64,000 nt of DNA from IMG/VR virus record IMGVR_UViG_3300020460_000012; one strand, 5' to 3'. The DNA comes from a virus. Its lineage: Duplodnaviria; Caudoviricetes. Numbering within the stretch: the first letter of the stretch is position 1; the number at the start of each line of letters is the position of its first letter. The notes under the pieces are model-generated. The model ran no database searches. It was not told where the DNA came from and saw nothing but the letters and a program-made list of their open reading frames with translations. A program made the translations under genes and the position numbers. Positions 9,796 to 19,700 of this stretch are shown piece by piece.

Positions 9796-10647
9796 TTATC
9801 CTAATAAAAATGGATTATTTGTAATTTTTTCTTTTAACCAACTAGGAACTTTTGGATCATCATGTATTCCAAATCTTTGTATATTTGCTTCTATCCTACT
9901 GGCTAGGTATCTATAATTATTCCTTGTCCAATTTGCATCAACCAAATATTCTCTTATAATATTAAATGAATCGTCATATTCTAAGTTAAATTTTATTTCT
10001 TGGCCAAAATATTCATTTATTTTAGTGTATGTTTTATTAGGTTGTATAAAGTCTTCGAAATAAATTATATCTATAGGATTTAATTCATGCCTAGCTTCAT
10101 TTTCTAATTCATATATTGACTTTATAAAATTTCCAAGGAAAAATTCCAAACGTGGTACAAACGGTAAAAATTTACTAAAGTCTGCTTTTGCTTTTCTACT
10201 TGATTCTAGATAGGCACCTATCTGTGCGCCTGTGCTTTCTTCTTTAAGTGTATTTTCGTCATGTATAGTATATGAAGCGGCAATTTTACTAAAAATTACT
10301 TTCCAAATATCTTTTCTTATTACTATTAACGGACGATATCCATAATCATTTACTAAGCTTCGTATGTTAACTTGATCTCCTGGTATAACTTTAAAGCCAT
10401 TAAACTTTTTTGTAAAGTTAGGCTCTATCACCTCTTTTAGTTTATATTTCCAGTCAAGTGTAACTTTAGAGTTCGCTAACGCAAATGGTTCAAAAAGATA
10501 ACTCTCGTTATCTATTATTCCTTCAACTTTTTTAGATGAATAAAGATAAACATCACCACATGCATTAAGTGTGTTTGCTATAGCAGTTGTACCTGATCTA
10601 GGTAGTCCTAAGATAAAAAATTTATTTTTTTCCTGTGAAGATTTCAT
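9796..10647 (-). CDS. Sulfotransferase-family protein
   Basis: PAPS-binding loop FFILGLPRSGTT, YLFEPF, LIVIRKD..KVIFS, IYFEDF. Confidence 0.75.
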   Translation of the reverse strand: MKSSQEKNKFFILGLPRSGTTAIANTLNACGDVYLYSSKKVEGIIDNESYLFEPFALANSKVTLDWKYKLKEVIEPNFTKKFNGFKVIPGDQVNIRSLVNDYGYRPLIVIRKDIWKVIFSKIAASYTIHDENTLKEESTGAQIGAYLESSRKAKADFSKFLPFVPRLEFFLGNFIKSIYELENEARHELNPIDIIYFEDFIQPNKTYTKINEYFGQEIKFNLEYDDSFNIIREYLVDANWTRNNYRYLASRIEANIQRFGIHDDPKVPSWLKEKITNNPFLLG

Positions 10648-11080
10648 TTACCCTATCTTTTACTTGTTCTAGATTTGTACAACTTGTTGAAAAATATCTT
10701 AGTTCGTTACGCATAGTTTCAAAGCTTAACTTTCTAAAACTTAATTCATCTTTAATTTCGTACAGCTCGGTTGTTTGTTTAAAATTTCTGTTTTCAAAAA
10801 AACGCAAAGATTCTCTAGCTACAGGTTCGTCGCAAAAGTCAAGGTAATCTTTTTTAGTTTCAAAATATGTTGCGATCTCTAATGTATTGCCATTATCTTT
10901 TAAAATAATATGGCGTTCTTTTAATTTGCCATTACGGAAGTAATCTCTAGCTAAATCACGTACTCCTGTTCCTTGTCCGGGTCCTGGAGCTTCATATTCT
11001 GTATCTTTATAATAAAATTCTTGTATATCTTTAGACTTTCTATTATCTAAATCAACTAATGTTTGTTTAAATACGTACAT
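10622..11080 (-). CDS. Hypothetical protein
   Basis: 152 aa ORF coupled to the sulfotransferase; preceded by TTAAATA. Confidence 0.7.
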   Translation of the reverse strand: MYVFKQTLVDLDNRKSKDIQEFYYKDTEYEAPGPGQGTGVRDLARDYFRNGKLKERHIILKDNGNTLEIATYFETKKDYLDFCDEPVARESLRFFENRNFKQTTELYEIKDELSFRKLSFETMRNELRYFSTSCTNLEQVKDRVNEIFTGKK

Positions 11081-11094
11081 AATGTTATTTAATC

Positions 11095-11121
11095 AAAAAA
11101 ATAGCGTCCGAAGACGCTATT
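11095..11121 (-). terminator. Intrinsic terminator
   Basis: Minus strand AATAGCGTC-TTCG-GACGCTATT followed by a T run; cUUCGg tetraloop. Confidence 0.9.
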
Positions 11122-11138
11122 GGATTTTATCCGGGGGA

Positions 11139-11426
11139 TTATCTAGCTAGTGTATGGCCTTGTAATTTAACGGCTTCTTGTATATCTGCTATCTGGAACT
11201 CATCTGTAGGATTGTTTGCTTGTAATGCTTTGATAACATCTGTCATTGTAACTGTTCCAGCATTGTATCGTGGTACAAACTCTTCAACAATTTTGTGTGA
11301 AAAAGTTGGTAGCTGAGTTGCTGTTCCCCAGTCAATAAACGTCATTAGATCGTCGTGACTATTAAAAGCATCTGGCACAACCTTTTCTTTAAGTTCACCT
11401 TTTTCTAATACATTTACTTTTAACAT
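11139..11426 (-). CDS. Hypothetical protein (start revised to ATG 11426)
   Basis: The TTG start at 11462 lies within the upstream gene; ATG 11426 follows its stop by 4 nt. Confidence 0.65.
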   Translation of the reverse strand: MLKVNVLEKGELKEKVVPDAFNSHDDLMTFIDWGTATQLPTFSHKIVEEFVPRYNAGTVTMTDVIKALQANNPTDEFQIADIQEAVKLQGHTLAR

Positions 11427-11430
11427 AATA

Positions 11431-12450
11431 TTATCCGCAGTTGCTAGCGTAAAGCTTTTCAAAATTAGCTTTGCTACATCCGTATTTTTCTGCTACTTTG
11501 TCAAACATTTCGTGTTTAGCACATCCGCTTGCATCAAGTTTTTTCATTTCTTTTGTGCAACCTGCCTCGTCAAAACCTTTAGATCCGTCTCCTTTAGAAC
11601 CAGCTTTTTTAAATGCACCTTCTTCAACGGATTCTTTCATTTCTTTTTGGCAATCATCAATCATTGCTTTAAGCTTTTCTTGATCACAGTTAGGATGCAT
11701 TTTACAAATTTCAGCTTTGGTTTTTCCATCTTTGCACATTTTCATAATGTGGGCTTTTGATGGCATTTTCTCTTCTTCTGCCTCGCCTACTTTTTTAGAT
11801 TTTTTATCTTTAACAGCTTTTTTCATCGGCTCTTTTTTGTCACCATCACCATCGATATCAATATAATCTGGTTTTGCTTTCTTTTCAGCAAGCATTTTAT
11901 ATAGGTCTTCTTTAATGCTTTCTAGTGCAGGATTGACAGTACGTATTGCTGATCTATCTTTCTTTCTATGTAAATCATTACCGTCATGAATGTTATCTTC
12001 ATAGTCGCCCAAAGTGCCTCTATCTTCTGGCTCTTCTCCTGGAGCACTATTTGCCCATTCATCTACATCGCCTTCTTCATCTTCTTTGTCTTTGATAGCT
12101 TTCTGTAGTTCAGGTGGTAGTTTTTTCTGTTTAGCAGTTATTTCATCTACTTCATCTTCTGCTTCTGGTTCACTATCAACAATGCTACGGAATTTTTCCA
12201 TATCCATTCTTGGTCCTAATGATTTTGCTGTAACTTCTTCTGCTCCGCCTAAACCTGCATTTTTCATCATATCTAGCAAATCAGCTACATGCTCTTTGCC
12301 TGATGCATTCATTGTTACATTTACACTCACAGGATTACCTTTATCTTCTGGTGGCATCGGCATACGTGGCGGCATGTCTGGTGCCATCCCCATTGGTCCT
12401 TCTGCCATCCCTGCGTCTACTGACTCAATTAATTTTTTCATTGTACTCAT
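11431..12450 (-). CDS. Low-complexity charged protein, possible internal head protein
   Basis: D/E/K-rich, DIDGDGD motif, recurring LIES/LESI/MKES sites, Cys-containing C-terminal modules. Confidence 0.5.
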   Translation of the reverse strand: MSTMKKLIESVDAGMAEGPMGMAPDMPPRMPMPPEDKGNPVSVNVTMNASGKEHVADLLDMMKNAGLGGAEEVTAKSLGPRMDMEKFRSIVDSEPEAEDEVDEITAKQKKLPPELQKAIKDKEDEEGDVDEWANSAPGEEPEDRGTLGDYEDNIHDGNDLHRKKDRSAIRTVNPALESIKEDLYKMLAEKKAKPDYIDIDGDGDKKEPMKKAVKDKKSKKVGEAEEEKMPSKAHIMKMCKDGKTKAEICKMHPNCDQEKLKAMIDDCQKEMKESVEEGAFKKAGSKGDGSKGFDEAGCTKEMKKLDASGCAKHEMFDKVAEKYGCSKANFEKLYASNCG

Positions 12451-12451
12451 A

Positions 12452-13021
12452 TTAGCCTCCTACGACTGCTTTTGTATTTTGCATGTGACCTTTGATGTCT
12501 TTTGAGTCTCCTTGTGGAGCTTCTGCAACGCCATCTGAAACATCACGCTCTTTTCTTGCAGTTTCAAGTTCTTTTAATAAATCCATTGTTCTGTTGTCTG
12601 CTACTTCGTTTTGAGCAGACTCCCCACCCATATCTTCCGTGCCAAGTAATGCTACATATTCTGAGCTATTCTCTTCGCCTTCTTCTTGATACGCTTCTCG
12701 AGGATCTTCCGGTGTGCGTACATTGATATGACTTTGTGGTATATCACAGCAATTACCTAAGTAAGTTTGTAATACTTGTGGGGTAGTAGGGTATTCTACT
12801 TCAGCCTCAAAAAAAGTAACTTCTGTGTTTTCTAATTGTGGAAAGTCTAACGGACGTTTTTGTATTGGTGTTTTTTTGCCTTTTGTAAAATTACGTACTG
12901 TAAACTTTTGCATGACAGATTCTAATCTATCTTCAATCCCTTCAGGTAATTCACCAGCAATACCAATATTGAACGAATACGTTGCTTTTGATTCATTTAA
13001 TATTTCTGCAAATGTTTTCAT
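12452..13021 (-). CDS. Hypothetical virion-associated protein
   Basis: Starts MKTFAEILNES; GATAAATA and GAGG upstream. Confidence 0.55.
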   Translation of the reverse strand: MKTFAEILNESKATYSFNIGIAGELPEGIEDRLESVMQKFTVRNFTKGKKTPIQKRPLDFPQLENTEVTFFEAEVEYPTTPQVLQTYLGNCCDIPQSHINVRTPEDPREAYQEEGEENSSEYVALLGTEDMGGESAQNEVADNRTMDLLKELETARKERDVSDGVAEAPQGDSKDIKGHMQNTKAVVGG

Positions 13022-13041
13022 TTCTTTTGATCCTCTATAAA

Positions 13042-13545
13042 CTATTTATCTTTATCAATGCCTTTAAGCTTCTCTAGAAGGCTATTTCTGTCAGTAACAA
13101 CATACCCTTGTCCGTTGATTATTCCATCATCACCTGTAGTTGAATCTTTATCTAATTTTTCTTTTTTAAGTTGCAAATCTATCATTTTAATTTTTTTATC
13201 TAGTTTAGCAACTTTAGCATCTAAACTTGTTTTAAGCATACCTCCTGCTACTTCAAACACCCTACCGCTATATCTACTTTCAACATTCATGCCTAAATCC
13301 ATAAGATCATCATACGCTGTAAGGGCTTTATCTGCTATTTCATTTAGTTCTTTATCAGCCATATCGCCTAAACCTTTTACAGCAGGTAAAGCACTAGCAA
13401 TCTTATCAAATTCCTCTATATCCCTAAAGGCTTTTTTCTGCTCTTCAAGTTCATAAGACTTTTGTTCTGACTCTTGTGATTTAGCTGTTTCTATAATTTC
13501 CTTAGAGTCAGGTAAATTAAGTAAATCTTCTAGCTTTTTAGTCAT
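13042..13545 (-). CDS. Probable terminase small subunit (gp16-like)
   Basis: 167 aa helical; GRVFEVAGGMLK...KLDKK resembles the PRAYEVAGQLIK motif of T4-like gp16. Confidence 0.55.
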   Translation of the reverse strand: MTKKLEDLLNLPDSKEIIETAKSQESEQKSYELEEQKKAFRDIEEFDKIASALPAVKGLGDMADKELNEIADKALTAYDDLMDLGMNVESRYSGRVFEVAGGMLKTSLDAKVAKLDKKIKMIDLQLKKEKLDKDSTTGDDGIINGQGYVVTDRNSLLEKLKGIDKDK

Positions 13546-13576
13546 TACAACTCCGATAATATACTACTATATTTAG

Positions 13577-13810
13577 TTAATAATCGTAGATATTTACGCT
13601 GTTTGGATCTACGTATGTTGGCTTACAATATGCAGTTATTCTGTGTTCTGGTGGTACTAGATGTTTTGATCCGTAATTACCGTACTGTTTTGGTATACGT
13701 TTTGCATAATATTGACATACATTTATACTCCTAAAGTACATTGCATTAGGTTGTTGTCTAGCATCTTCTCCTGCGCCTATTAGCACAATTAAAACAAAGG
13801 CATGTATCAC
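13577..13810 (-). CDS. Small hypothetical protein
   Basis: 77 aa, hydrophobic N-terminus, two Cys; fills the gap between neighbours. Confidence 0.6.
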   Translation of the reverse strand: MIHAFVLIVLIGAGEDARQQPNAMYFRSINVCQYYAKRIPKQYGNYGSKHLVPPEHRITAYCKPTYVDPNSVNIYDY

Positions 13811-13819
13811 TTTTCATTT

Positions 13820-14257
13820 TTACTTTCTACGGCCAGTATGAAATATATCATCTTCCGTTACAATGCGGAATAAAATTCCTTTTTGTTTACACCATGCTCT
13901 TGCTGATTCCCATTTTGCTTGGTTCACTATCCATGATGCTTGATTATGTCTACTTTTGCCTAACTTTTCTTTTACAGTTTGATTTTTCGGTTTTACTTCT
14001 ATTAGTTCAACACGCTGTTTGCCTCTTTGATCATTATAAACTATAAAAAAATCTGGTACATAAATTGTATGCTTGCCTGTTAAAGGGTTTCGATAAGGAA
14101 TTTTTACAGCTTCACTTGCCCATTGTGATATAGCTCTATGCTCGTCACAAAATTTCATAAAGGTGAATTCCCAACCTGATCTATATGTTGGACTTTTTGT
14201 TCCTACATATTTGCTAGGGTTTTTAAGATTGTATTTCCCTTGTGCAAAATGAGCCAT
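13820..14257 (-). CDS. gp4: Head completion nuclease (TnsA-like fold)
   Basis: YRSGWE..FMKFCD, WASE...IPY, YVPDF, IEVKP, KWESARAWC. Confidence 0.85.
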   Translation of the reverse strand: MAHFAQGKYNLKNPSKYVGTKSPTYRSGWEFTFMKFCDEHRAISQWASEAVKIPYRNPLTGKHTIYVPDFFIVYNDQRGKQRVELIEVKPKNQTVKEKLGKSRHNQASWIVNQAKWESARAWCKQKGILFRIVTEDDIFHTGRRK

Positions 14258-14258
14258 C

Positions 14259-14639
14259 TCAATTTATTATATTCCGTTGATCAAACAAATCGCCGTTGTC
14301 TGCTGATTTATAACCTAACATACTTGATTTACTTCTATTTAAGTTAAGTATTTGGGCTACTATATTACTAAGTTGTACATCTGATGTACCGCTTAATGTA
14401 TCTATTAATTGGAAAACTGGTACTTCGTCAATATCTGCCTGTTGTAATAAAACACTTGCTGTGTTCACAGCCGCAACTTGATCAAAGCCCCTTTTAAGAA
14501 AGTGTCCTACAACTGCATCAACTTCACCCGGAGTGCTATTAATAGGAGTATCAAAATAATTATTGAAATAACTTTTTGTTGACTCAGAATCGTTTTTATC
14601 GAATGGTCCTTTACCTATATTTTGATCTGAACTTGCCAT
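14259..14639 (-). CDS. Hypothetical tail/baseplate-region protein
   Basis: 126 aa, coupled to the upstream gene. Confidence 0.6.
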   Translation of the reverse strand: MASSDQNIGKGPFDKNDSESTKSYFNNYFDTPINSTPGEVDAVVGHFLKRGFDQVAAVNTASVLLQQADIDEVPVFQLIDTLSGTSDVQLSNIVAQILNLNRSKSSMLGYKSADNGDLFDQRNIIN

Positions 14640-15919
14640 TACGTTAATATACTCCCTTTGTTAGCTTGTATAGCTTGGGTAGCTTGTTCAGCTAGTTTCC
14701 TATCACCATTTGAAGCTCTGTCAATTAAATTATTTTCTATTGCGGCTTTCCTAGTATCACTTGCAGTATTATAGCTAGCTAAAGTTTCTCCTGCAAAAGC
14801 ATTACTATTTAATGCTCTAGATATAAAACTAGATTTTACTGAACTGTTAGTACTTAATGCATTTAATATATTATCGCCGTCTAGTATGTTAATATCATTG
14901 CTAACAAGTGTTGTTACTGCATCACTAATTGGACTTGTCCTTGGAATTGTAGTGCCACGTAATCCACCTGTCTGTGAATTGCCAAATAAGTCTCTCAAAC
15001 CTGCTCCTAATATGTTGCTTCCATTTCCTGATAGTATGCCAAACAAACTATCTCTTCTTGATCTACTATTATTAGACCTAGGTAAAATTGGATTCCTACG
15101 CTGTCTACGCGGATCTATTAATGCAGGATCAGCTGACATAGTATTTCTAAAACTCATTTCAGAATCAAAATATCCTATTGGGCTAGGGGCATTATCGTAA
15201 CCAGTTTCAGGATCAGTAAATCCTACAGGCTGTCCGTCTTCGCCCACTTGTCCATTAGAATAAATTACACTTTCGTATGCTAGCGTGATACTATTCCTAT
15301 TCATATCTGCTCCTGTAGTAGCATCAACATCACCATGATCAAACGCACTTATTAATGGATTTATAAGTGTATACGCAAACCATTCTCGTCTTGCTAGTTG
15401 ATATATTCTAACATGTTTAAAAAACGGATTTACTTTTTTATTATTTAAACCATAATTAGGTACTGCTTCTTTAAATTTATCTCTAGCCATATATGCAGGA
15501 GAACTTCTTGTGCCGTCTTCATGATTGCCATCAACAAAATAATATTGATAATAGTCTTGTAATAATCCTCTTGTTAAACCTAAATTATCGTCATGAAATG
15601 TAATTGTAATGTCTTGATAGTCTAATCTAGTCTGTATATTTTTCTTACGATTATATTGCTGTTTGTTTTCAACAGCTACACGATATTGAGGTAAATCGGC
15701 TGTCTGTGCTAATACGCCAATTTCTTTTTTAAATCTCACTGTATTATTATTTGCTGAATTTCCTACTTCTGGATATAAATCAAATACTATATGATATAGA
15801 AATTTTGTCTTAGGGGCTAGGGCAAATGTATGTTGTGTATACAGTTGGTGAGCATGCCTTGCGTCCCTTAAATGTACATCAAGGTCAATATTATAGAGGT
15901 ATGGATCTTTGATACTCAT
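14639..15919 (-). CDS. Tail tube-like baseplate protein (gp54/gp48-like)
   Basis: LP.Y......QYNRK...Q...DYQDITITFHDD pattern paralleling the adjacent tube protein; low-complexity C-terminus. Confidence 0.55.
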   Translation of the reverse strand: MSIKDPYLYNIDLDVHLRDARHAHQLYTQHTFALAPKTKFLYHIVFDLYPEVGNSANNNTVRFKKEIGVLAQTADLPQYRVAVENKQQYNRKKNIQTRLDYQDITITFHDDNLGLTRGLLQDYYQYYFVDGNHEDGTRSSPAYMARDKFKEAVPNYGLNNKKVNPFFKHVRIYQLARREWFAYTLINPLISAFDHGDVDATTGADMNRNSITLAYESVIYSNGQVGEDGQPVGFTDPETGYDNAPSPIGYFDSEMSFRNTMSADPALIDPRRQRRNPILPRSNNSRSRRDSLFGILSGNGSNILGAGLRDLFGNSQTGGLRGTTIPRTSPISDAVTTLVSNDINILDGDNILNALSTNSSVKSSFISRALNSNAFAGETLASYNTASDTRKAAIENNLIDRASNGDRKLAEQATQAIQANKGSILT

Positions 15920-15954
15920 ATTAATATTTATCCTATGTAGATAAGTGCGTATAT

Positions 15955-15990
15955 AAAAAAACGGAAGTAACTATTAATTACTTCCGTTTT
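15955..15990 (-). terminator. Intrinsic terminator after the tail tube gene
   Basis: 13-bp inverted repeat AAAACGGAAGTAA-N7-TTACTTCCGTTTT with flanking A/T runs. Confidence 0.9.
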
Positions 15991-16012
15991 AAAGCCAATC
16001 AGTTAAGTTTTA

Positions 16013-16651
16013 TTAAACTTGTGTTCCGCCTGCCGCTGCCGCTAACGCTCTGGTTGTTGTTTCACCAATACCGTTAATATCTTCGTCAGCACCAAACTGT
16101 ATAGCATTATCATAACGAATGCTTAGTGTTGTAGTAACTGCTTCGTTAGTTGCATATGCTAGTGTGTTGTAGTTTGCTGATTCAATATAGCAACCTACTA
16201 AATGGAATCTGTCAATTACATTTGCACCGTTAGCACCGTTACCACCATCTAGTATCTCAATTCTAGTTTGGAATTTGTAGCTACCACTTGAAACTGCACT
16301 AGACTGTTCGAAGAAATCAAACTGTCTTTGTAACTGTTGTCCAATAATCTTTTGAACATTGTTATTAGCATCTTCACGTAGTGTAAGTGTTACTGGTTCC
16401 CAAGTATGCTTACCTGCAAGGTATGCTCTTGAGTTGTATGAATCTAATGTCATTTGTTCAAAAGTTACATTTGGTCTTGTAACGTCTTGAACTTGTCTTG
16501 AAATTTCTCTAACACCGTCTGGACCCCCAGTAGTGCCAAAGTTATCTAAAAATACCCTGAAACGATATTGTAACTTAGGCATCAATAAAGATGAGTTAGA
16601 ATTCGCGCCTTCTGTGGGTATCGAAATGTTTTGTAAAGTTGTGATTGGCAT
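16013..16651 (-). CDS. gp19: Tail tube protein
   Basis: Directly after the sheath; RPNVTFE, YLAGKHTWEPVTLTLRED, LSIRYDNA. Confidence 0.85.
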   Translation of the reverse strand: MPITTLQNISIPTEGANSNSSLLMPKLQYRFRVFLDNFGTTGGPDGVREISRQVQDVTRPNVTFEQMTLDSYNSRAYLAGKHTWEPVTLTLREDANNNVQKIIGQQLQRQFDFFEQSSAVSSGSYKFQTRIEILDGGNGANGANVIDRFHLVGCYIESANYNTLAYATNEAVTTTLSIRYDNAIQFGADEDINGIGETTTRALAAAAGGTQV

Positions 16652-16676
16652 TTTTTCTATTCTCCTAATACATTAT

Positions 16677-16684
16677 TATTTATA
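16677..16684 (-). promoter_or_regulatory. T4-type late promoter for the tail tube
   Basis: Exact TATAAATA upstream of AGGAG and ATG 16651. Confidence 0.8.
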
Positions 16685-16690
16685 CGTTTC

Positions 16691-16714
16691 TGAGGGGCAA
16701 TTTCTTACCCCTCA
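16691..16714 (-). terminator. Stem-loop after the sheath gene
   Basis: Minus strand TGAGGGGTAA-GAAA-TTGCCCCTCA, 10 bp with one G-U pair and a GNRA loop. Confidence 0.6.
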
Positions 16715-16727
16715 TTAAGTACGTATA

Positions 16728-19700
16728 TTATCCTAATGCCGCAATTTCCCCTGTATTTTTAAGTCTAAGCGGTATGTAAATAAATTCAATTGCTTTGACT
16801 GGTTCTATAGCTACATCTAAGTAAAGCTCGTTTTTATCAATCCTTGCTGGTGTGTTATTAGATTCATCACACACTGTAACAAAGTCATACAACGCTCTTA
16901 AACTTACAAGTTCTAGCATAAGCTGATCTGCCGCCGCTTTGATTTGATCACGTGTAATCTTATCATTTGGCTCAAACAAATATGGTTTAGCAAGTAGCTC
17001 AAGCTGTCCACGTAAGTATACAACTAGTCTAGCAACATTGATTCTATCTAATGCACTTGCATTTTTAGCACGAGTCTTTTGACCAAATACAACTAATCCT
17101 GCTCCGCTCATAAACGTAATTGGATTAATCTTATTTGAGTACAATGTATCACGCTGTCCTGTGTTTAATGCAACTGCTTTAAATTCGCCTTCGCTAGTAA
17201 TAAAACCACTTGAAGTTGCGTTCGATACTCCACCACGTCTTGTTCCAGCTGGTGCAAACCAGGGGAACGCCACTTGGTCGTTTAGTACTATTGTACGTAG
17301 TGCCATATGACTTGCTGGAACAACAATGTTGTTGCCTGCATTATCGCTTGTAAATCCTGCTGGATAGTACATTCCAAGATACTCATCAAAGCTTACTGCT
17401 CCGTTGTCATTATCTTCTAGTGCAGTTCTAACATTAGTTGCCCACTCATTAAGCGATGTTGCATCTGGTGTTAATCTAAATGGTGTGTCGCCTACAACAA
17501 ATGCTGTTAAGCGTCTGTCAGTATTTAAAGTAATCATTTCACCAATTAGTTCTGGATAACCTGGGCAAGCTAGCAAGTTAAACTGACGTGATTCTTCGTC
17601 ACGTATGTCAGTGTTGCTATTGACCATTGCTTGTAAAGCCTGTACTACAGATTTACGTTGTGCATGACGCCCAAATGTTCCTGAACCATCTTCAGCATTT
17701 CCTGAATCAGTTACCCAACGATGTGGATAGTAAGCCGCCATTGAAGCATCACCTTGTCTAGTGTTAAGTGCAGTTACATCAATTGCATTTCTTACAAATT
17801 TCTTAACGTTAAATCCGCTTCTACGTAGATTCCAAAGAATCATACCTTGTGGATATAATGCTGGATCAGGTGCATCTGGATCTAAGAAATCACTAGTAAG
17901 CAGTTCAGCTATTGTGCTTGAAGGAGCATTACTAGTTGTTCCCCCTGTTGCACCAAATCTTGCATCTGCAAAAAGTACACCATTTTCTGTAGTTTGATCT
18001 GCTTTATCTAACAGTACCCATTTAGAAGTAGTACCGTTCCATCTGTAAATTCCTGGATAATCTTCAACACTAGCTGTGCTAATCCAAATATCTCCATCAA
18101 CTAAAGCTGTTAAGTCTGATTGTGTAGTAGGCTCTTTTGCCGCTACAATCGGACCTGCTGGATCACAGTTTGCATATGCTCCACTGTAATTATGATAACC
18201 AACCCATGTAGTTCCGTTATGAATCATAAGGTCTACTTCGTCTACAACTGAACTATACCATAATGTACCATTTTCAGTTAAGCTAGTTGGTGCAGTGCTT
18301 GAAGCTGTGTAAGTTAATTCTTTCCAGTTTGAAGCTACCCAATCACTTGCAGTATCGCCTGTTGGTGCAGTATATAAATTAGCTGTACCAGTACCGTTTG
18401 CAAAATTATAAACAGCAAAGCCAATTAGTGCTAATCCACCATCTGTGTCTTTGATTCTAATTTCGCCACCTAGTTTGTGGGAAATTTGTATTTTGTTACT
18501 TGAGTCAACTATTGCTGTAATGTTTTGGAAACCTGCGGCATTAATTGCTCCTGCAATTACATCTGCATCACTTGATGCGCCTGTAGCAGTAACACTAATA
18601 GTTTTCATAGCGTCTAAAGCTTGTTGATTTGCTTTTGACTCTTGCATATTAAATGCATATGCTTGACTACTTAATTGTGTGGTTACTGCACTAGAAGTAA
18701 TTTTAGTTGCTCCAGTAGCCGCTCTTTGGAAAATTTTGCTATTAGCAATAATCGGGCTTACTTCTTCAACATTTGTATTAACATACAAATCACCTAATGC
18801 GATACCTGCTCCGCCACCTGATTTATCAAGTGCAAATAGTGCGGCATGGTTTGTATCATAAATTGGTGCTGTAATTGTTGACCAAAGTTGCGTAGAAGTG
18901 GCATACTTCTTTACTTTGTAATTTGCGCCACCGTTTGGAGTAGTTGTTTTAATCCAAAGGCTTCCTGTTGGTGCAGGTTCTGAATCACCTGACTTATACT
19001 GAGGTACACTTGTATGCGGTGCAATAGTAAGCTTAGGTGCTTCATAAGTTGCCGCAGATACACCAGTATCTGTAAGTATAGTTCCTGTACCGTTAGCAAT
19101 AACAACATCTGCACCAGTTGAATAAATTTCTAGTGCTCCGTCTACTGCCGCCGCTGTAATTCCTGCAATAGATGCAGTATTAATATCTGAAGCCAAAGCT
19201 GTAACTGTAGTACCAGCTAATGTAACAGTAGTAGCATTAATTACCACTGTATTTCCGTTACTTAATGTAGGATTAGAAGCTGTGCCTGTCACTACTGGAT
19301 GGCTAGCTGACCAGTTGGTCGATCCAACTTCAACCCATGCTCCTGCCGCTACACCTGCTCCAGAATTTCCTTTTGACTTAAAATAAAATTTGTTAGTTGT
19401 AGTTGTTGCAACAACTGCATAATCACCAATTGCTCCTACAGAAGCTTTTGGTATGCCAGATGCTATGTTGCCAACTAAGTCTGTTAACTTAGTAATTACT
19501 TTTGGTGTTTGTGAAGAAAAGCTTTGGCCGCCTGTTGTAGTGATTGCCGCCGCATTCCATTCTAAAATACCAAACAAGCTATTAAGTGTATCAAACCAAT
19601 GTGCGCCATCTGCTGGCTCACCGCCTGGTGCTGTTGCACTTGCTTGTAGTTTGCCTAAATCTAGGTCTGCTCTAACAACATATGCTCTGTTTGTTACGCC

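Noticed and set aside
12014-12505. 163-aa Ser-rich plus-strand ORF and the many similar antisense ORFs across the structural genes
   Set aside because: Reverse-frame artefacts of codon bias in the minus-strand genes
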